Shown here: piece by piece, positions 1 through 11,300 of the stretch
Position numbering within the stretch: position 1 is the first letter of the stretch
Layout of the letters: each line of letters opens with the position of its first letter
Assembly: GCA_964057225.1 (NCBI GenBank)
Contig: OZ059900.1
Location: 16,368,001-16,432,000 of the forward strand
Source: Auanema rhodensis
Lineage: Eukaryota > Animalia > Nematoda
Direction of reading: 5' to 3'
Length of the DNA: 64,000 bases
Position numbers and translations under genes: made by a program
Notes under the pieces: generated by a model
Databases searched by the model: none
Seen by the model: the letters and a program-made list of their open reading frames with translations, nothing else
Told to the model about the DNA's origin: nothing

Positions 1-12
1 GATTTAATCAAT

Positions 13-49
13 ATTAGCCATAAGGGGCGTGCCCTCAGAATATGCTAAT
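13..49. other. Dyad symmetry / potential hairpin in every monomer (p13-49)
   Basis: ATTAGC(C)ATA (13-22) pairs with TATGCTAAT (41-49) with a 1-nt bulge. Inner AGGG (23-26) pairs with CCCT (32-35). Confidence 0.6.
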
Positions 50-221
50 TTCCTTAATTTTCTAACCCCTGTTTTTTTGTCGTGAAAGTGGAACTAGACG
101 TTGTACGAACAATTTTGAGCTACGTTTCATTGACATTGCATGAGTTTGAACACATGAAATCGTAAGTCAAAACCTTGTTTACAGCGAAATTTCCAAAAAC
201 TGGTTTTCCAGCATAATAAAA

Positions 222-239
222 TATTTCTCATGGGAAATA
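222..239. other. 18-bp quasi-palindrome in every monomer (p222-239)
   Basis: In TATTTCTCA|TGGGAAATA, 8 of 9 symmetric positions are complementary; the only mismatch is T228/G233. Confidence 0.75.
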
Positions 240-684
240 CTGTGTTTTTGTATTTTTCTAGTGTTCAGCATGTAAAATGCTTCATATTAGTATGTAACAC
301 GCTGAAATTCGTTGCATTTGACGACTCATATGAACAAAAATCGATTTAATCAATATTAGCCATAAGGGGCGTGCCCTCAGAATATGCTAATTTCCTTAAT
401 TTTCTAGCCCCTGTTTTTTTGTCGTGAAAGTGGAACTAGACGTTGTACGAACAATTTTGAGCTAAGTTTCATTGACATTGCATGAGTTTGAACACATGAA
501 ATCGTAAGTCAAAACCTTGTTTACAGCGAAATTTCCAAAAACTGGTTTTCCAGCATAATAAAATATTTCTCATGGGAAATACCGTGTTTTCGTATTTTCC
601 TAGTGTTCAGCATGTAAAATGCTTCATTTTAGTATGTAACACGCTGAAATTCGTTGCATTCGACGACTCATATGAACAAAAATC

Positions 685-1026
685 GATTTAATCAATATTA
701 GCCATAAGGGGCGTGCCCTCAGAATATGCTAATTTCCTTAATTTTCTAACCCCTGTTTTTTTGTCGTGAAAGTGGAACTAGACGTTGTACGAACAATTTT
801 GAGCTAGGTTTCATTGACATTGCATGAGTTTGAACACATGAAATCGTAAGTCAAAACCTTGTTTACAGCGAAATTTCCAAAAACTGGTTTTCCAGCATAA
901 TAAAATATTTCTCATGGGAAATACTGTGTTTTTGTATTTTTCTAGTGTTCAGCATGTAAAATGCTTCATTTTAGTATGTAACACGCTGAAATTCGTTGCA
1001 TTTGACGACTCATATGAACAAAAATC
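685..1026 (+). repeat. Representative consensus-type 342-bp monomer (M3)
   Basis: Carries the majority allele at all recurrent variable sites (p28C, p69C, p98A, p123G, p168C, p227C, p233G, p252A, p286T, p288T). Single ClaI site (ATCGAT, spanning the monomer junction), NdeI (CATATG p327-332), AluI (AGCT p118-121) and RsaI (GTAC p103-106) per monomer. Confidence 0.95.
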
Positions 1027-2394
1027 GATTTAATCAATATTAGCCATAAGGGGTGTGCCCTCAGAATATGCTAATTTCCTTAATTTTCTAACCCCTGTTT
1101 TTTTGTCGTGAAAGTGGAACTAGACGTTGTACGAACAATTTTGAGCTAGGTTTCATTGACATTGCATGAGTTTGAACACATGAAATCGTAAGTCAAAACC
1201 TTGTTTACAGCGAAATTTCCAAAAACTGGTTTTCCAGCATAATAAAATATTTCTCATGGGAAATACTGTGTTTTTGTATTTTTCTAGTGTTCAGCATGTA
1301 AAATGCTTCATATTAGTATGTAACACGCTGAAATTCGTTGCATTTGACGACTCATATGAACAAAAATCGATTTAATCAATATTAGCCATAAGGGGCGTGC
1401 CCTCTGAATATGCTAATTTCCTTAATTTTCTAACCCCTGTTTTTTTGTCGTGAAAGTGGAACTAGACGTTGTACGAACAATTTTGAGCTAGGTTTCATTG
1501 ACATTGCATGAGTTTGAACACATGAAATCGTAAGTCAAAACCTTGTTTACAGCGAAATTTCCAAAAACTGGTTTTCCAGCATAATAAAATATTTCTCATG
1601 GGAAATACTGTGTTTTTGTATTTTTCTAGTGTTCAGCATGTAAAATGCTTCATATTAGTATGTAACACGCTGAAATTCGTTGCATTTGACGACTCATATG
1701 AACAAAAATCGATTTAATCAATATTAGCCATAAGGGGCGTGCCCTCAGAATATGCTAATTTCCTTAATTTTCTAACCCCTGTTTTTTTGTCGTGAAAGTG
1801 GAACTAGACGTTGTACGAACAATTTTGAGCTAAGTTTCATTGACATTGCATGAGTTTGAACACATGAAATCGTAAGTCAAAACCTTGTTTACAGCGAAAT
1901 TTCCAAAAACTGGTTTTCCAGCATAATAAAATATTTCTCATGGGAAATACTGTGTTTTTGTTTTTTTCTAGTGTTCAGCATGTAAAATGCTTCATTTTAG
2001 TATGTAACACGCTGAAATTCGTTGCATTTGACGACTCATATGAACAAAAATCGATTTAATCAATATTAGCCATAAGGGGTGTGCCCTCAGAATATGCTAA
2101 TTTCCTTAATTTTCTAACCCCTGTTTTTTTGTCGTGAAAGTGGAACTAGACGTTGTACGAACAATTTTGAGCTAGGTTTCATTGACATTGCATGAGTTTG
2201 AACACATGAAATCGTAAGTCAAAACCTTGTTTACAGCGAAATTTCCAAAAACTGGTTTTCCAGCATAATAAAATATTTCTCATGGGAAATACTGTGTTTT
2301 TGTATTTTTCTAGTGTTCAGCATGTAAAATGCTTCATTTCAGTATGTAACACGCTGAAATTCGTTGCATTTGACGACTCATATGAACAAAAATC

Positions 2395-5300
2395 GATTTA
2401 ATCAATATTAGCCATAAGGGGCGTGCCCTCAGAATATGCTAATTTCCTTAATTTTCTAACCCTTGTTTTTTTGTCGTGAAAGTGGAACTAGACGTTGTAC
2501 GAACAATTTTGAGCTAAGTTTCATTGACATTGCATGAGTTTGAACACATGAAATCGTAAGTCAAAACCTTGTTTACAGCGAAATTTCCAAAAACTGGTTT
2601 TCCAGCATAATAAAATATTTCTCATGGGAAATACTGTGTTTTTGTTTTTTTTTAGTGTTCAGCATGTAAAATGCTTCATTTTAGTATGTAACACGCTGAA
2701 ATTCGTTGCATTTGACGACTCATATGAACAAAAATCGATTTAATCAATATTAGCCATAAGGGGCGTGCCCTCAGAATATGCTAATTTCCTTAATTTTCTA
2801 ACCCCTGTTTTTTTGTCGTGAAAGTGGAACTAGACGTTGTACGAACAATTTTGAGCTACGTTTCATTGACATTGCATGAGTTTGAACACATGAAATCGTA
2901 AGTCAAAACCTTGTTTACAGCGAAATTTCCAAAAACTGGTTTTCCAGCATAATAAAATATTTCTCATGGGAAATACTGTGTTTTTGTTTTTTTCCAGTGT
3001 TCAGCATGTAAAATGCTTCATTTTAGTATGTAACACGCTGAAATTCGTTGCATTTGACGAATCATATGAACAAAAATCGATTTAATCAATATTAGCCATA
3101 AGGGGCGTGCCCTCAGAATATGCTAATTTCCTTAATTTTCTAACCCCTGTTTTTTTGTCGTGAAAGTGGAACTAGACGTTGTACGAACAATTTTGAGCTA
3201 GGTTTCATTGACATTGCATGAGTTTGAACACATGAAATCGTAAGTCAAAACCTTGTTTACAGCGAAATTTCCAAAAACTGGTTTTCCAGCATAATAAAAT
3301 ATTTCTCATGGGAAATACTGTGTTTTTGTATTTTTCTAGTGTTCAGCATGTAAAATGCTTCATTTTAGTATGTAACACGCTGAAATTCGTTGCATTTGAC
3401 GACTCATATGAACAAAAATCGATTTAATCAATATTAGCCATAAGGGGCGTGCCCTCAGAATATGCTAATTTCCTTAATTTTCTAACCCTTGTTTTTTTGT
3501 CGTGAAAGTGGAACTAGACGTTGTACGAACAATTTTGAGCTAGGTTTCATTGACATTGCATGAGTTTGAACACATGAAATCGTAAGTCAAAACCTTGTTT
3601 ACAGCGAAATTTCCAAAAACTGGTTTTCCAGCATAATAAAATATTTCTCATGGGAAATACTGTGTTTTTGTATTTTTCTAGTGTTCAGCATGTAAAATGC
3701 TTCATATTAGTATGTAACACGCTGAAATTCGTTGCATTTGACGACTCATATGAACAAAAATCGATTTAATCAATATTAGCCATAAGGGGCGTGCCCTCAG
3801 AATATGCTAATTTCCTTAATTTTCTAACCCCTGTTTTTTTGTCGTGAAAGTGGAACTAGACGTTGTACGAACAATTTTGAGCTAAGTTTCATTGACATTG
3901 CATGAGTTTGAACACATGAAATCGTAAGTCAAAACCTTGTTTACAGCGAAATTTCCAAAAACTGGTTTTCCAGCATAATAAAATATTTCTCATGGGAAAT
4001 ACTGTGTTTTTGTTTTTTTCTAGTGTTCAGCATGTAAAATGCTTCATTTTAGTATGTAACACGCTGAAATTCGTTGCATTTGACGACTCATATGAACAAA
4101 AATCGATTTAATCAATATTAGCCATAAGGGGTGTGCCCTCAGAATATGCTAATTTCCTTAATTTTCTAACCCCTGTTTTTTTGTCGTGAAAGTGGAACTA
4201 GACGTTGTACGAACAATTTTGAGCTAGGTTTCATTGACATTGCATGAGTTTGAACACATGAAATCGTAAGTCAAAACCTTGTTTACAGCGAAATTTCCAA
4301 AAACTGGTTTTCCAGCATAATAAAATATTTCTCATGGGAAATACTGTGTTTTTGTATTTTTCTAGTGTTCAGCATGTAAAATGCTTCATTTTAGTATGTA
4401 ACACGCTGAAATTCGTTGCATTTGACGACTCATATGAACAAAAATCGATTTAATCAATATTAGCCATAAGGGGCGTGCCCTCAGAATATGCTAATTTCCT
4501 TAATTTTCTAACCCTTGTTTTTTTGTCGTGAAAGTGGAACTAGACGTTGTACGAACAATTTTGAGCTAGGTTTCATTGACATTGCATGAGTTTGAACACA
4601 TGAAATCGTAAGTCAAAACCTTGTTTACAGCGAAATTTCCAAAAACTGGTTTTCCAGCATAATAAAATATTTCTCATGGGAAATACTGTGTTTTTGTATT
4701 TTTCTAGTGTTCAGCATGTAAAATGCTTCATATTAGTATGTAACACGCTGAAATTCGTTGCATTTGACGACTCATATGAACAAAAATCGATTTAATCAAT
4801 ATTAGCCATAAGGGGCGTGCCCTCAGAATATGCTAATTTCCTTAATTTTCTAACCCCTGTTTTTTTGTCGTGAAAGTGGAACTAGACGTTGTACGAACAA
4901 TTTTGAGCTAAGTTTCATTGACATTGCATGAGTTTGAACACATGAAATCGTAAGTCAAAACCTTGTTTACAGCGAAATTTCCAAAAACTGGTTTTCCAGC
5001 ATAATAAAATATTTCTCATGGGAAATACTGTGTTTTTGTTTTTTTCTAGTGTTCAGCATGTAAAATGCTTCATTTTAGTATGTAACACGCTGAAATTCGT
5101 TGCATTTGACGACTCATATGAACAAAAATCGATTTAATCAATATTAGCCATAAGGGGTGTGCCCTCAGAATATGCTAATTTCCTTAATTTTCTAACCCCT
5201 GTTTTTTTGTCGTGAAAGTGGAACTAGACGTTGTACGAACAATTTTGAGCTAGGTTTCATTGACATTGCATGAGTTTGAACACATGAAATCGTAAGTCAA

Positions 5301-8300
5301 AACCTTGTTTACAGCGAAATTTCCAAAAACTGGTTTTCCAGCATAATAAAATATTTCTCATGGGAAATACTGTGTTTTTGTATTTTTCTAGTGTTCAGCA
5401 TGTAAAATGCTTCATATTAGTATGTAACACGCTGAAATTCGTTGCATTTGACGACTCATATGAACAAAAATCGATTTAATCAATATTAGCCATAAGGGGC
5501 GTGCCCTCAGAATATGCTAATTTCCTTAATTTTCTAACCCTTGTTTTTTTGTCGTGAAAGTGGAACTAGACGTTGTACGAACAATTTTGAGCTAGGTTTC
5601 ATTGACATTGCATGAGTTTGAACACATGAAATCGTAAGTCAAAACCTTGTTTACAGCGAAATTTCCAAAAACTGGTTTTCCAGCATAATAAAATATTTCT
5701 CATGGGAAATACTGTGTTTTTGTATTTTTCTAGTGTTCAGCATGTAAAATGCTTCATATTAGTATGTAACACGCTGAAATTCGTTGCATTTGACGACTCA
5801 TATGAACAAAAATCGATTTAATCAATATTAGCCATAAGGGGTGTGCCCTCAGAATATGCTAATTTCCTTAATTTTCTAACCCCTGTTTTTTTGTCGTGAA
5901 AGTGGAACTAGACGTTGTACGAACAATTTTGAGCTAGGTTTCATTGACATTGCATGAGTTTGAACACATGAAATCGTAAGTCAAAACCTTGTTTACAGCG
6001 AAATTTCCAAAAACTGGTTTTCCAGCATAATAAAATATTTCTCATGGGAAATACTGTGTTTTTGTATTTTTCTAGTGTTCAGCATGTAAAATGCTTCATT
6101 TTAGTATGTAACACGCTGAAATTCGTTGCATTTGACGACTCATATGAACAAAAATCGATTTAATCAATATTAGCCATAAGGGGCGTGCCCTCAGAATATG
6201 CTAATTTCCTTAATTTTCTAACCCTTGTTTTTTTGTCGTGAAAGTGGAACTAGACGTTGTACGAACAATTTTGAGCTAGGTTTCATTGACATTGCATGAG
6301 TTTGAACACATGAAATCGTAAGTCAAAACCTTGTTTACAGCGAAATTTCCAAAAACTGGTTTTCCAGCATAATAAAATATTTCTCATGGGAAATACTGTG
6401 TTTTTGTATTTTTCTAGTGTTCAGCATGTAAAATGCTTCATATTAGTATGTAACACGCTGAAATTCGTTGCATTTGACGACTCATATGAACAAAAATCGA
6501 TTTAATCAATATTAGCCATAAGGGGCGTGCCCTCAGAATATGCTAATTTCCTTAATTTTCTAACCCCTGTTTTTTTGTCGTGAAAGTGGAACTAGACGTT
6601 GTACGAACAATTTTGAGCTAAGTTTCATTGACATTGCATGAGTTTGAACACATGAAATCGTAAGTCAAAACCTTGTTTACAGCGAAATTTCCAAAAACTG
6701 GTTTTCCAGCATAATAAAATATTTCTCATGGGAAATACTGTGTTTTTGTTTTTTTCTAGTGTTCAGCATGTAAAATGCTTCATTTTAGTATGTAACACGC
6801 TGAAATTCGTTGCATTTGACGACTCATATGAACAAAAATCGATTTAATCAATATTAGCCATAAGGGGTGTGCCCTCAGAATATGCTAATTTCCTTAATTT
6901 TCTAACCCCTGTTTTTTTGTCGTGAAAGTGGAACTAGACGTTGTACGAACAATTTTGAGCTAGGTTTCATTGACATTGCATGAGTTTGAACACATGAAAT
7001 CGTAAGTCAAAACCTTGTTTACAGCGAAATTTCCAAAAACTGGTTTTCCAGCATAATAAAATATTTCTCATGGGAAATACTGTGTTTTTGTATTTTTCTA
7101 GTGTTCAGCATGTAAAATGCTTCATATTAGTATGTAACACGCTGAAATTCGTTGCATTTGACGACTCATATGAACAAAAATCGATTTAATCAATATTAGC
7201 CATAAGGGGCGTGCCCTCAGAATATGCTAATTTCCTTAATTTTCTAACCCCTGTTTTTTTGTCGTGAAAGTGGAACTAGACGTTGTACGAACAATTTTGA
7301 GCTAAGTTTCATTGACATTGCATGAGTTTGAACACATGAAATCGTAAGTCAAAACCTTGTTTACAGCGAAATTTCCAAAAACTGGTTTTCCAGCATAATA
7401 AAATATTTCTCATGGGAAATACTGTGTTTTTGTTTTTTTCTAGTGTTCAGCATGTAAAATGTTTCATTTTAGTATGTAACACGCTGAAATTCGTTGCATT
7501 TGACGACTCATATGAACAAAAATCGATTTAATCAATATTAGCCATAAGGGGTGTGCCCTCAGAATATGCTAATTTCCTTAATTTTCTAACCCCTGTTTTT
7601 TTGTCGTGAAAGTGGAACTAGACGTTGTACGAACAATTTTGAGCTAGGTTTCATTGACATTGCATGAGTTTGAACACATGAAATCGTAAGTCAAAACCTT
7701 GTTTACAGCGAAATTTCCAAAAACTGGTTTTCCAGCATAATAAAATATTTCTCATGGGAAATACTGTGTTTTTGTATTTTTCTAGTGTTCAGCATGTAAA
7801 ATGCTTCATATTAGTATGTAACACGCTGAAATTCGTTGCATTTGACGACTCATATGAACAAAAATCGATTTAATCAATATTAGCCATAAGGGGCGTGCCC
7901 TCAGAATATGCTAATTTCCTTAATTTTCTAACCCCTGTTTTTTTGTCGTGAAAGTGGAACTAGACGTTGTACGAACAATTTTGAGCTAAGTTTCATTGAC
8001 ATTGCATGAGTTTGAACACATGAAATCGTAAGTCAAAACCTTGTTTACAGCGAAATTTCCAAAAACTGGTTTTCCAGCATAATAAAATATTTCTCATGGG
8101 AAATACTGTGTTTTTGTTTTTTTCTAGTGTTCAGCATGTAAAATGCTTCATTTTAGTATGTAACACGCTGAAATTCGTTGCATTTGACGACTCATATGAA
8201 CAAAAATCGATTTAATCAATATTAGCCATAAGGGGTGTGCCCTCAGAATATGCTAATTTCCTTAATTTTCTAACCCCTGTTTTTTTGTCGTGAAAGTGGA

Positions 8301-11300
8301 ACTAGACGTTGTACGAACAATTTTGAGCTAGGTTTCATTGACATTGCATGAGTTTGAACACATGAAATCGTAAGTCAAAACCTTGTTTACAGCGAAATTT
8401 CCAAAAACTGGTTTTCCAGCATAATAAAATATTTCTCATGGGAAATACTGTGTTTTTGTATTTTTCTAGTGTTCAGCATGTAAAATGCTTCATATTAGTA
8501 TGTAACACGCTGAAATTCGTTGCATTTGACGACTCATATGAACAAAAATCGATTTAATCAATATTAGCCATAAGGGGCGTGCCCTCAGAATATGCTAACT
8601 TCCTTAATTTTCTAACCCCTGTTTTTTTGTCGTGAAAGTGGAACTAGACGTTGTACGAACAATTTTGAGCTAAGTTTCATTGACATTGCATGAGTTTGAA
8701 CACATGAAATCGTAAGTCAAAACCTTGTTTACAGCGAAATTTCCAAAAACTGGTTTTCCAGCATAATAAAATATTTCTCATGGGAAATACTGTGTTTTTG
8801 TTTTTTTCTAGTGTTCAGCATGTAAAATGTTTCATTTTAGTATGTAACACGCTGAAATTCGTTGCATTTGACGACTCATATGAACAAAAATCGATTTAAT
8901 CAATATTAGCCATAAGGGGTGTGCCCTCAGAATATGCTAATTTCCTTAATTTTCTAACCCCTGTTTTTTTGTCGTGAAAGTGGAACTAGACGTTGTACGA
9001 ACAATTTTGAGCTAGGTTTCATTGACATTGCATGAGTTTGAACACATGAAATCGTAAGTCAAAACCTTGTTTACAGCGAAATTTCCAAAAACTGGTTTTC
9101 CAGCATAATAAAATATTTCTCATGGGAAATACTGTGTTTTTGTATTTTTCTAGTGTTCAGCATGTAAAATGCTTCATTTCAGTATGTAACACGCTGAAAT
9201 TCGTTGCATTTGACGACTCATATGAACAAAAATCGATTTAATCAATATTAGCCATAAGGGGCGTGCCCTCAGAATATGCTAATTTCCTTAATTTTCTAAC
9301 CCTTGTTTTTTTGTCGTGAAAGTGGAACTAGACGTTGTACGAACAATTTTGAGCTAAGTTTCATTGACATTGCATGAGTTTGAACACATGAAATCGTAAG
9401 TCAAAACCTTGTTTACAGCGAAATTTCCAAAAACTGGTTTTCCAGCATAATAAAATATTTCTCATGGGAAATACTGTGTTTTTGTTTTTTTTTAGTGTTC
9501 AGCATGTAAAATGCTTCATTTTAGTATGTAACACGCTGAAATTCGTTGCATTTGACGACTCATATGAACAAAAATCGATTTAATCAATATTAGCCATAAG
9601 GGGCGTGCCCTCAGAATATGCTAATTTCCTTAATTTTCTAACCCCTGTTTTTTTGTCGTGAAAGTGGAACTAGACGTTGTACGAACAATTTTGAGCTACG
9701 TTTCATTGACATTGCATGAGTTTGAACACATGAAATCGTAAGTCAAAACCTTGTTTACAGCGAAATTTCCAAAAACTGGTTTTCCAGCATAATAAAATAT
9801 TTCTCATGGGAAATACTGTGTTTTTGTTTTTTTCTAGTGTTCAGCATGTAAAATGCTTCATTTTAGTATGTAACACGCTGAAATTCGTTGCATTTGACGA
9901 CTCATATGAACAAAAATCGATTTAATCAATATTAGCCATAAAGGGTGTGCCCTCAGAATATGCTAATTTCCTTAATTTTCTAACCCCTGTTTTTTTGTCG
10001 TGAAAGTGGAACTAGACGTTGTACGAACAATTTTGAGCTAGGTTTCATTGACATTGCATGAGTTTGAACACATGAAATCGTAAGTCAAAACCTTGTTTAC
10101 AGCGAAATTTCCAAAAACTGGTTTTCCAGCATAATAAAATATTTCTCATGGGAAATACTGTGTTTTTGTATTTTTCTAGTGTTCAGCATGTAAAATGCTT
10201 CATATTAGTATGTAACACGCTGAAATTCGTTGCATTTGACGACTCATATGAACAAAAATCGATTTAATCAATATTAGCCATAAGGGGCGTGCCCTCAGAA
10301 TATGCTAATTTCCTTAATTTTCTAACCCTTGTTTTTTTGTCGTGAAAGTGGAACTAGACGTTGTACGAACAATTTTGAGCTAAGTTTCATTGACATTGCA
10401 TGAGTTTGAACACATGAAATCGTAAGTCAAAACCTTGTTTACAGCGAAATTTCCAAAAACTGGTTTTCCAGCATAATAAAATATTTCTCATGGGAAATAC
10501 TGTGTTTTTGTTTTTTTTTAGTGTTCAGCATGTAAAATGCTTCATTTTAGTATGTAACACGCTGAAATTCGTTGCATTTGACGACTCATATGAACAAAAA
10601 TCGATTTAATCAATATTAGCCATAAGGGGCGTGCCCTCAGAATATGCTAATTTCCTTAATTTTCTAACCCCTGTTTTTTTGTCGTGAAAGTGGAACTAGA
10701 CGTTGTACGAACAATTTTGAGCTACGTTTCATTGACATTGCATGAGTTTGAACACATGAAATCGTAAGTCAAAACCTTGTTTACAGCGAAATTTCCAAAA
10801 ACTGGTTTTCCAGCATAATAAAATATTTCTCATGGGAAATACTGTGTTTTTGTTTTTTTCCAGTGTTCAGCATGTAAAATGCTTCATTTTAGTATGTAAC
10901 ACGCTGAAATTCGTTGCATTTGACGAATCATATGAACAAAAATCGATTTAATCAATATTAGCCATAAGGGGCGTGCCCTCAGAATATGCTAATTTCCTTA
11001 ATTTTCTAACCCCTGTTTTTTTGTCGTGAAAGTGGAACTAGACGTTGTACGAACAATTTTGAGCTAGGTTTCATTGACATTGCATGAGTTTGAACACATG
11101 AAATCGTAAGTCAAAACCTTGTTTACAGCGAAATTTCCAAAAACTGGTTTTCCAGCATAATAAAATATTTCTCATGGGAAATACTGTGTTTTTGTATTTT
11201 TCTAGTGTTCAGCATGTAAAATGCTTCATTTTAGTATGTAACACGCTGAAATTCGTTGCATTTGACGACTCATATGAACAAAAATCGATTTAATCAATAT

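Noticed and set aside
62-68. CTAACCC, telomere-repeat-like (TTAGGG on the minus strand)
   Set aside because: A single unit per monomer, not tandem; expected by chance.
130-135. TTGACA, a perfect bacterial sigma70 -35 hexamer (and AATAAA at p215-220)
   Set aside because: No matching -10 box at the proper spacing and no downstream gene. Such hexamers are common in AT-rich DNA, and the context is a eukaryote-type satellite.
1-342. Tandem 5S rRNA, tRNA, snRNA or spliced-leader RNA gene cluster
   Set aside because: I could not recognise 5S, tRNA cloverleaf/A-B box, U snRNA or SL motifs on either strand. An Infernal/Rfam scan would settle this.
1-342. Primate alpha-satellite dimer (~340 bp) or assignment to a named insect/plant ~340-bp satellite
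   Set aside because: Only the length is similar. I recognise no alphoid consensus sequence and cannot verify any named family without a database search.
230-349. 39-codon ORF on + (MGNTVFLYFSSVQHVKCFILVCNTLKFVAFDDSYEQKSI*) repeated in each monomer; 342 is divisible by 3
   Set aside because: Short enough to arise by chance and has no recognisable motif. All six frames contain stops in every monomer, so there is no repeat-protein read-through. Copies carry a nonsense change (TCA>TAA at ~47868) and a frameshift (~41978).
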